A stretch of DNA of 64,000 bases, taken from Paragordius varius (Eukaryota; Animalia; Nematomorpha). The stretch is from the NCBI GenBank assembly GCA_964247055.1, contig OZ176052.1, positions 14,074,001-14,138,000 of the forward strand, in the 5' to 3' direction. The notes beneath the pieces are model-generated. The model was given only the letters and a program-made list of their open reading frames with translations, ran no database searches and had not been told where the DNA came from. This document shows, piece by piece, positions 1 to 11,300 of this stretch (the first letter of the stretch is position 1; the number at the start of each line of letters is the position of its first letter). The translations under genes were made by a program, and so were the position numbers.

Positions 1-519
1 TCAAATTTGGATTTTAGGTAGCCATTTTTATTTTTAAAATCGTATAAAATAAATTTTTTAAATATTTAAAAAATTCATAAAAATTACATTTATAGTCCGA
101 TCCCCAAAGTATTTGGGGTGATGATGGAACTACCATAGGGCTACCCAAAAAAAATTATGGCGACATCACCTGATCAAATTTGGATTTTAGGTAGCCATTT
201 TTATTTTTAAAATCGTATAAAATAAATTTTTTAAATATTTAAAAAATTCATAAAAATTACATTTATACTCCGATCTCGACAATATTTGGGGTGATGATGG
301 AACTACCATAGGGCTACCCAAAAAAAATTATAGTGACATCACCTGATCAAATTTGGATTTTAGGTAGCCATTTTTATTTTTAAAATCGTATAAAATAAAT
401 TTTTTAAATATTTAAAAAATTCATAAAAATTACATTTATAGTCCGATCCCCAAAATATTTGGGGTGATGATGGAACAACCATAGGGCTACGCAAAAAAAA
501 TTATGGCGACATCACCTGA

Positions 520-3500
520 TCAAATTTGGATTTTAGGTAGCCATTTTTATTTTTAAAATCGTATAAAATAAATTTTTTAAATATTTAAAAAATTCAAAAA
601 AATTACATTTATACTCCGATCTCGAAAATATTTGGGGTGATGATGGAACTACCATAGGGCTACCCAAAATAAATTATGGTGACATCACCTGATCAAATTT
701 GGACTTTAGGTAGCCATTTTTATTTTTAAAATCGTATAAAATAAATTTTTTAAATATTTAAAAAATTCATAAAAATTACATTTATACTCCGATCTCGAAA
801 ATATTTGGGGTGATGATGGAACTACCATAGGGCTACGCAAAAAAAATTATGGTGATATCACCTGATCAAATTTGGATTTTAGGTAGCCATTTTTATTTTT
901 AAAATCGTATAAAATAAATTTTTTAAATATTTAAAGAATTCATAAAAATTACATTTATAGTCCGATCCCCAAAGTATTTGGGGTGATGATGGAACTACCA
1001 TAGGGCTACCCAAAAAAATTATGGCGACATCACCTGATCAAATTTGGATTTTAGGTAGCCATTTTTATTTTTAAAATCGTATAAAATAAATTTTTTAAAT
1101 ATTTAAAAAATTCATAAAAATTACATTTATAGACCGATCTCGACAATATTTGGGGTGATGATGGAATTACCATGGGGCTACCCAAAAAAAATTATGGTGA
1201 CATCACCTGATCAAATTTGGATTTTAGGTAGCCATTTTTATTTTTAAAATCGTATAAAATAAATTTTTTAAATATTTAAAAAATTCAAAAAAATTACATT
1301 TATACTCCGATCTCGAAAATATTTGGGGTGATGATGGAACTACCATAGGGCTACCCAAAATAAATTATGGTGACATCACCTGATCAAATTTGGATTTTAG
1401 GTAGCCATTTTTATTTTTAAAATCCTATAAAATAAATTTTTTTAATATTTAAAAAATTTATAAAAATTACATTTATACTCCGATCTCGAAAATATTTGGG
1501 GTGATGATGGAACTACCATAGGGCTACGCAAAAAAAATTATGGTGACATCACCTGATCAAATTTGGATTTTAGGTAGCCATTTTTATTTTTAAAATCGTA
1601 TAAAATAAATTTTTTAAATATTTAAAGAATTCATAAAAATTACATTTATAGTCCGATCCCCAAAGTATTTGGGGTGATGATGGAACTACCATAGGGCTAC
1701 CCAAAAAAATTATGGCGACATCACCTGATCAAATTTGGATTTTAGGTAGCCATTTTTATTTTTAAAATCGTATAAAATAAATTTTTTAAATATTTAAAAA
1801 ATTCATAAAAATTACATTTATAGACCGATCTCGACAATATTTGGGGTGATGATGGAATTACCATGGGGCTACCCAAAAAAAATTATGGTGACATCACCTG
1901 ATCAAATTTGGATTTTAGGTAGCCATTTTTATTTTTAAAATCGTATAAAATAAATTTTTTAAATATTTAAAAAATTCAAAAAAATTACATTTATACTCCG
2001 ATCTCGAAAATATTTGGGGTGATGATGGAACTACCATAGGGCTACCCAAAATAAATTATGGTGACATCACCTGATCAAATTTGGATTTTAGGTAGCCATT
2101 TTTATTTTTAAAATCGTATAAAATAAATTTTTTAAATATTTAAAAAATTCATAAAAATTACATTTATACTCCGATCTCGAAAATATTTGGGGTGATGATG
2201 GAACTACCATAGGGCTACCCAAAAAAAATTATAGTGACATCACCTGATCAAATTTGGATTTTAGGTAGCCATTTTTATTTTTAAAATCGTATAAAATAAA
2301 TTTTTTAAATATTTAAAAAATTCAAAAAAATTACATTTATACTCCGATCTCGAAAATATTTGGGGTGATGATGGAACTACCATAGGGCTACCCAAAATAA
2401 ATTATGGTGACATCACCTGATCAAATTTGGACTTTAGGTAGCCATTTTTATTTTTAAAATCGTATAAAATAAATTTTTTAAATATTTAAAAAATTCATAA
2501 AAATACATTTATACTCCGATCTCGAAAATATTTGGGGTGATGATGGAACTACCATAGGGCTACGCAAAAAAAATTATGGTGACATCACCTGATCAAATTT
2601 GGATTTTAGGTAGCCATTTTTATTTTTAAAATCGTATAAAATAAATTTTTTAAATATTTAAAGAATTCATAAAAATTACATTTATAGTCCGATCCCCAAA
2701 GTATTTGGGGTGATGATGGAACTACCATAGGGCTACCCAAAAAAATTATGGCGACATCACCTGATCAAATTTGGATTTTAGGTAGCCATTTTTATTTTTA
2801 AAATCGTATAAAATAAATTTTTTAAATATTTAAAAAATTCATAAAAATTACATTTATAGACCGATCTCGACAATATTTGGGGTGATGATGGAATTACCAT
2901 GGGGCTACCCAAAAAAAATTATGGTGACATCACCTGATCAAATTTGGATTTTAGGTAGCCATTTTTATTTTTAAAATCGTATAAAATAAATTTTTTAAAT
3001 ATTTAAAAAATTCAAAAAAATTACATTTATACTCCGATCTCGAAAATATTTGGGGTGATGATGGAACTACCATAGGGCTACCCAAAATAAATTATGGTGA
3101 CATCACCTGATCAAATTTGGACTTTAGGTAGCCATTTTTATTTTTAAAATCGTATAAAATAAATTTTTTAAATATTTAAAAAATTCATAAAAATTACATT
3201 TATACTCCGATCTCGAAAATATTTGGGGTGATGATGGAACTACCATAGGGCTACGCAAAAAAAATTATGGTGACACCACCTGATCAAATTTGGATTTTAG
3301 GTAGCCATTTTTATTTTTAAAATCGTATAAAATTAATTTTTTTAATATTTAAAGAATTCATAAAAATTACATTTATAGTCCGATCCCCAAAGTATTTGGG
3401 GTGATGATGGAACTACCATAGGGCTACCCAAAAAAATTATAGCGACATCACCTGATCAAATTTGGATTTTAGGTAGCCATTTTTATTTTTAAAATCGTAT

Positions 3501-3530
3501 AAAATAAATTTTTTAAATATTTAAAAAATT
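520..3530 (+). repeat. 4-monomer higher-order repeat (691 bp), EcoRI-marked
   Basis: Four variant monomers cycle in order (AAAATAAATT; CTACGC; GAATTC+CCCCAAAG; AGACCGATCTCGAC+CATGGGGC). GAATTC at 936/1627 and 2663/3354, each pair 691 bp apart. Confidence 0.9.
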
Positions 3531-6500
3531 CATAAAAATTACATTTATAGTCCGATCTCGACAATATTTGGGGTGATGATGGAATTACCATAGGGCTACC
3601 CAAAAAAAATTATGGTGACATCACCTGATCAAATTTGGATTTTAGGTAGCCATTTTTATTTTTAAAATCGTATAAAATAAATTTTTTAAATATTTAAAAA
3701 ATTCATAAAAATTACATTTATACTCCGATCTCGAAAATATTTGGGGTGATGATGGAACTACCATAGGGCTACCCAAAAAAAATTATGGTGACATCACCTG
3801 ATCAATTTTGGATTTTAGGTAGCCATTTTTATTTTTAAAATCGTATAAAATAAATTTTTTAAATATTTAAAAAATTCATAAAAATTACATTTATACTCCG
3901 ATCTCGAAAATATTTGGGGTGATGATGGAACTACCATAGGGCTACCCAAAAAAAATTATAGTGACATCACCTGATCAAATTTGGATTTTAGGTAGCCATT
4001 TTTATTTTTAAAATCGTATAAAATAAATTTTTTAAATATTTAAAAAATTCATAAAAATTACATTTATAGTCCGATCCCCAAAATATTTGGGGTGATGATG
4101 GAACTACCATAGGGCTACCCAAAAAAAAATATGGTGACATCACCTGATCAAATTTGGATTTTAGGTAGCCATTTTTATTTTTAAAATCATATAAAATAAA
4201 TTTTTTAAATATTTAAAAAATTCATAAAAATTACATTTATACTCCGATCTCGAAAATATTTGGGGTGATGATGGAACTACCATAGGGCTACCCAAAAAAA
4301 ATTATGGTGACATCACCTGATCAAATTTGGATTTTAGGTAGCCATTTTTATTTTTAAAATCGTATAAAATAAATTTTTTAAATATTTAAAAAATTCATAA
4401 AAATTACATTTATACTCCGATCTCGAAAATATTTGGGGTGATGATGGAACTACCATAGGGCTACCCAAAAAAAATTATAGTGACATCACCTGATCAAATT
4501 TGGATTTTAGGTAGCCATTTTTATTTTTAAAATCGTATAAAATAAATTTTTTAAATATTTAAAAAATTCAAAAAAATTACATTTATACTCCGATCTCGAA
4601 AATATTTGGGGTGATGATGGAACTACCATAGGGCTACCCAAAATAAATTATGGTGACATCACCTGATCAAATTTGGACTTTAGGTAGCCATTTTTATTTT
4701 TAAAATCGTATAAAATAAATTTTTTAAATATTTAAAAAATTCATAAAAATTACATTTATACTCCGATCTCGAAAATATTTGGGGTGATGATGGAACTACC
4801 ATAGGGCTACGCAAAAAAAATTATGGTGACATCAGCTGATCAAATTTGGATTTTAGGTAGCCATTTTTATTTTTAAAATCGTATAAAATAAATTTTTTAA
4901 ATATTTAAAGAATTCATAAAAATTACATTTATAGTCCGATCCCCAAAGTATTTGGGGTGATGATGGAACTACCATAGGGCTACCCAAAAAAATTATGGCG
5001 ACATCACCTGATCAAATTTGGATTTTAGGTAGCCATTTTTATTTTTAAAATCGTATAAAATAAATTTTTTAAATATTTAAAAAATTCATAAAAATTACAT
5101 TTATAGACCGATCTCGACAATATTTGGGGTGATGATGGAATTACCATGGGGCTACCCAAAAAAAATTATGGTGACATCACCTGATCAAATTTGGATTTTA
5201 GGTAGCCATTTTTATTTTTAAAATCGTATAAAATAAATTTTTTAAATATTTAAAAAATTCAAAAAAATTACATTTATACTCCGATCTCGAAAATATTTGG
5301 GGTGATGATGGAACTACCATAGGGCTACCCAAAATAAATTATGGTAACATCACCTGATCAAATTTGGACTTTAGGTAGCCATTTTTATTTTTAAAATCGT
5401 ATAAAATAAATTTTTTAAATATTTAAAAAATTCATAAAAATTACATTTATACTCCGATCTCGAAAATATTTGGGGTGATGATGGAACTACCATAGGGCTA
5501 CGCAAAAAAAATTATGGTGACATCACCTGATCAAATTTGGATTTTAGGTAGCCATTTTTATTTTTAAAATCGTATAAAATTAATTTTTTTAATATTTAAA
5601 GAATTCATAAAAATTACATTTATAGTCCGATCCCCAAAGTATTTGGGGTGATGATGGAACTACCATAGGGCTACCCAAAAAAATTATGGCGACATCACCT
5701 GATCAAATTTGGATTTTAGGTAGCCATTTTTATTTTTAAAATCGTATAAAATAAATTTTTTAAATATTTAAAAAATTCATAAAAATTACATTTATAGTCC
5801 GATCTCGACAATATTTGGGGTGATGATGGAATTACCATAGGGCTACCCAAAAAAAATTATGGTGACATCACCTGATCAAATTTGGATTTTAGGTAGCCAT
5901 TTTTATTTTTAAAATCGTATAAAATAAATTTTTTAAATATTTAAAAAATTCATAAAAATTACATTTATACTCCGATCTCGAAAATATTTGGGGTGATGAT
6001 GGAACTACCATAGGGCTACCCAAAAAAAATTATGGTGACATCACCTGATCAATTTTGGATTTTAGGTAGCCATTTTTATTTTTAAAATCGTATAAAATAA
6101 ATTTTTTAAATATTTAAAAAATTCATAAAAATTACATTTATACTCCGATCTCGAAAATATTTCGGGTGATGATGGAACTACCATAGGGCTACCCAAAAAA
6201 AATTATAGTGACATCACCTGATCAAATTTGGATTTTAGGTAGCCATTTTTATTTTTAAAATCGTATAAAATAAATTTTTTAAATATTTAAAAAATTCATA
6301 AAAATTACATTTATAGTCCGATCCCCAAAATATTTGGGGTGATGATGGAACTACCATAGGGCTACCCAAAAAAAAATATGGTGACATCACCTGATCAAAT
6401 TTGGATTTTAGGTAGCCATTTTTATTTTTAAAATCATATAAAATAAATTTTTTAAATATTTAAAAAATTCATAAAAATTACATTTATACTCCGATCTCGA

Positions 6501-8325
6501 AAATATTTGGGGTGATGATGGAATTACCATAGGGCTACCCAAAAAAAATTATGGTGACATCACCTGATCAAATTTGGATTTTAGGTAGCCATTTTTATTT
6601 TTAAAATCGTATAAAATAAATTTTTTAAATATTTAAAAAATTCATAAAAATTACATTTATACTCCGATCTCGAAAATATTTGGGGTGATGATGGAACTAC
6701 CATAGGGCTACCCAAAAAAAATTATAGTGACATCACCTGATCAAATTTGGATTTTAGGTAGCCATTTTTATTTTTAAAATCGTATAAAATAAATTTTTTA
6801 AATATTTAAAAAATTCAAAAAAATTACATTTATACTCCGATCTCGAAAATATTTGGGGTGATGATGGAACTACCATAGGGCTACCCAAAATAAATTATGG
6901 TGACATCACCTGATCAAATTTGGACTTTAGGTAGCCATTTTTATTTTTAAAATCGTATAAAATAAATTTTTTAAATATTTAAAAAATTCATAAAAATTAC
7001 ATTTATACTCCGATCTCGAAAATATTTGGGGTGATGATGGAACTACCATAGGGCTACGCAAAAAAAATTATGGTGACATCACCTGATCAAATTTGGATTT
7101 TAGGTAGCCATTTTTATTTTTAAAATCGTATAAAATAAATTTTTTAAATATTTAAAGAATTCATAAAAATTACATTTATAGTCCGATCCCCAAAGTATTT
7201 GGGGTGACGATGGAACTACCATAGGGCTACCCAAAAAAATTATGGCGACATCACCTGATCAAATTTGGATTTTAGGTAGCCATTTTTATTTTTAAAATCG
7301 TATAAAATAAATTTTTTAAATATTTAAAAAATTCATAAAAATTACATTTATAGACCGATCTCGACAATATTTGGGGTGATGATGGAATTACCATAGGGCT
7401 ACCCAAAAAAAATTATGGTGACATCACCTGATCAAATTTGGATTTTAGGTAGCCATTTTTATTTTTAAAATCGTATAAAATAAATTTTTTAAATATTTAA
7501 AAAATTCAAAAAAATTCCATTTATACTCCGATCTCGAAAATATTTGGGGTGATGATGGAACTACCATAGGGCTACCCAAAATAAATTATGGTGACATCAC
7601 CTGATCAAATTGGACTTTAGGTAGCCATTTTTATTTTTAAAATCGTATAAAATAAATTTTTTAAATATTTAAAAAATTCATAAAAATTACATTTATACTC
7701 CGATCTCGAAAATATTTGGGGTGATGATGGAACTACCATAGGGCTACGCAAAAAAAATTATGGTGACATCACCTGATCAAATTTGGATTTTAGGTAGCCA
7801 TTTTTATTTTTAAAATCGTATAAAATAAATTTTTTAAATATTTAAAGAATTCATAAAAATTACATTTATAGTCCGATCCCCAAAGTATTTGGGGTGATGA
7901 TGGAACTACCATAGGGCTACCCAAAAAAATTATGGCGACATCACCTGATCAAATTTGGATTTTAGGTAGCCATTTTTATTTTTTAAATCGTATAAAATAA
8001 ATTTTTTAAATATTTAAAAAATTAATAAAAATTACATTTATAGTCCGATCTCGACAATATTTGGGGTGATGATGGAATTACCATAGGGCTACCCAAAAAA
8101 AATTATGGTGACATCACCTGATCAAATTTGGATTTTAGGTAGCCATTTTTATTTTTAAAATCGTATAAAATAAATTTTTTAAATATTTAAAAAATTCATA
8201 AAAATTACATTTATACTCCGATCTCGAAAATATTTGGGGTGATGATGGAACTACCATAGGGCTACCCAAAAAAAATTATGGTGACATCACCTGATCAATT
8301 TTGGATTTTAGGTAGCCATTTTTAT
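2060..8325 (+). repeat. 13-monomer higher-order repeat no. 1 (2247 bp, ~2.8 copies)
   Basis: GAATTC at 2663/4910/7157 and 3354/5601/7847; ATCAATTTTGG at 3801/6048/8294; ATCATA variant at 4188/6435. Spacings are 2246-2247 bp. Confidence 0.9.
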
Positions 8326-11300
8326 TTTTCAAATCGTATAAAATAAATTTTTTAAATATTTAAAAAATTCAAAAAAATTACATTTATACTCCGATCTCGA
8401 CAATATTTGGGGTGATGATGGAATTACCATAGGGCTACCCAAAAAAAATTATGGTGACATCACCTGATCAAATTTGGATTTTAGGTAGCCATTTTTATTT
8501 TTAAAATCGTATAAAATAAATTTTTTAAATATTTAAAAAATTCATAAAAATTACATTTATACTCCGATCTCGAAAATATTTGGGGTGATGATGGAACTAC
8601 CATAGGGCTACCCAAAAAAAATTATGGTGACATCACCTGATCAAATTTGGATTTTAGGTAGCCATTTTTATTTTTAAAATCGAATAAAATAAATTTTTTA
8701 AATATTTAAAAAATTCATAAAAATTACATTTATACTCCGATCTCGAAAATATTTGGGGTGATGATGGAACTACCATAGGGCTACCCAAAAAAAATTATAG
8801 TGACATCACCTGATCAAATTTGGATTTTAGGTAGCCATTTTTATTTTTAAAATCGTATAAAATAAATTTTTTAAATATTAAAAAAATTCATAAAAATTAC
8901 ATTTATAGTCCGATCCCCAAAATATTTGGGGTGATGATGGAATTACCATAGGGCTACCCAAAAAAAATTATGGTGACATCACCTGATCAAATTTGGATTT
9001 TAGGTAGCCATTTTTATTTTTAATATCGTATAAAATAAATTTTTTAAATATTTAAAAAATTCATAAAAATTACATTTATAGTCTGATCCCCAAAATATTT
9101 GAGGTGATGATGGAACAACCATAGGGCTACGCAAAAAAAATTTAGCGACATCACCTGATCAAATTTGGATTTTAGGTAGCCATTTTTATTTTTAAAATCG
9201 TATAAAATAAATTTTTTAAATATTTAAAAAATTCAAAAAAATTACATTTATACTCCGATCTCGAAAATATTTGGGGTGATGATGGAACTACCATAGGGCT
9301 ACCCAAAAAAAATTATGGCGACATCACCTGATCAAATTTGGATTTTAGGTAGCCATTTTTATTTTTAAAATCGTATAAAATAAATTTTTTAAATATTTAA
9401 AAAATTAATAAAAATTACATTTATAGTCCGATCTCGACAATATTTGGGGTGATGATGGAATTACCATAGGGCTACCCAAAAAAAATTATGGTGACATCAC
9501 CTGATCAAATTTGGATTTTAGGTAGCCATTTTTATTTTTAAAATCGTATAAAATAAATTTTTTAAATATTTAAAAAATTCATAAAAATTACATTTATACT
9601 CCGATCTCGAAAATATTTGGGGTGATGATGGAACTACCATAGGGCTACCCAAAAAAAATTATGGTGACATCACCTGATCAATTTTGGATTTTAGGTAGCC
9701 ATTTTTATTTTTCAAATCGTATAAAATAAATTTTTTAAATATTTAAAAAATTCAAAAAAATTACATTTATACTCCGATCTCGACAATATTTGGGGTGATG
9801 ATGGAATTACCATAGGGCTACCCAAAAAAAATTATGGTGACATCACCTGATCAAATTTGGATTTTAGGTAGCCATTTTTATTTTTAAAATCGTATAAAAT
9901 AAATTTTTTAAATATTTAAAAAATTCATAAAAATTACATTTATACTCCGATCTCGAAAATATTTGGGGTGATGATGGAACTACCATAGGGCTACCCAAAA
10001 AAAATTATGGTGACATCACCTGATCAAATTTGGATTTTAGGTAGCCATTTTTATTTTTAAAATCGAATAAAATAAATTTTTTAAATATTTAAAAAATTCA
10101 TAAAAATTACATTTATACTCCGATCTCGAAAATATTTGGGGTGATGATGGAACTACCATAGGGCTACCCAAAAAAAATTATAGTGACATCACCTGATCAA
10201 ATTTGGATTTTAGGTAGCCATTTTTATTTTTAAAATCGTATAAAATAAATTTTTTAAATATTAAAAAAATTCATAAAAATTACATTTATAGTCCGATCCC
10301 CAAAATATTTGGGGTGATGATGGAATTACCATAGGGCTACCCAAAAAAAATTATGGTGACATCACCTGATCAAATTTGGATTTTAGGTAGCCATTTTTAT
10401 TTTTAATATCGTATAAAATAAATTTTTTAAATATTTAAAAAATTCATAAAAATTACATTTATAGTCTGATCCCCAAAATATTTGAGGTGATGATGGAACA
10501 ACCATAGGGCTACGCAAAAAAAATTTAGCGACATCACCTGATCAAATTTGGATTTTAGGTAGCCATTTTTATTTTTAAAATCGTATAAAATAAATTTTTT
10601 AAATATTTAAAAAATTCAAAAAAATTACATTTATACTCCGATCTCGAAAATATTTGGGGTGATGATGGAACTACCATAGGGCTACCCAAAAAAAATTATG
10701 GCGACATCACCTGATCAAATTTGGATTTTAGGTAGCCATTTTTATTTTTAAAATCGTATAAAATAAATTTTTTAAATATTTAAAAAATTCATAAAAATTA
10801 CATTTATAGTCCGATCCCCAAAATATTTGGGGTGATGATGGAACTACCATAGGGCTACCCAAAAAAAATTATAGTGACATCACCTGATCAAATTTGGATT
10901 TTAGGTAGCCATTTTTATTTTTAAAATCGTATAAAATAAATTTTTTAAATATTTAAAAAATTCAAAAAAATTACATTTATACTCCGATCTCGAAAATATT
11001 TGGGGTGATGATGGAACTACCATAGGGCTACCCAAAAAAAATTATAGTGACATCACCTGATCAAATTTGGATTTTAGGTAGCCATTTTTATTTTTAAAAT
11101 CGTATAAAATAAATTTTTTAAATATTTAAAAAATTCATAAAAATTACATTTATAGTCCGATCCCCAAAATATTTGGGGTGATGATGGAATTACCATAGGG
11201 CTACCCAAAAAAAATTATGGTGACATCACCTGATCAAATTTGGATTTTAGGTAGCCATTTTTATTTTTAATATCGTATAAAATAAATTTTTTAAATATTT

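Noticed and set aside
121-138. ATG-initiated ORF in each monomer (MMELP*)
   Set aside because: Five codons only. The monomer length is not a multiple of 3, and the AT-rich half has frequent stop codons on both strands.
115-160. G-quadruplex from GGGG/GG/GGG/GG runs
   Set aside because: Only two runs have 3 or more G, loops are long, and competing Watson-Crick hairpins are available.
6146-6166. CENP-B box-like TCG...CGGG in the TTTCGGG variant
   Set aside because: Spacing is 2 bp off NTTCGNNNNANNCGGGN, core positions mismatch, and the variant occurs only here and in its duplicate (46391).
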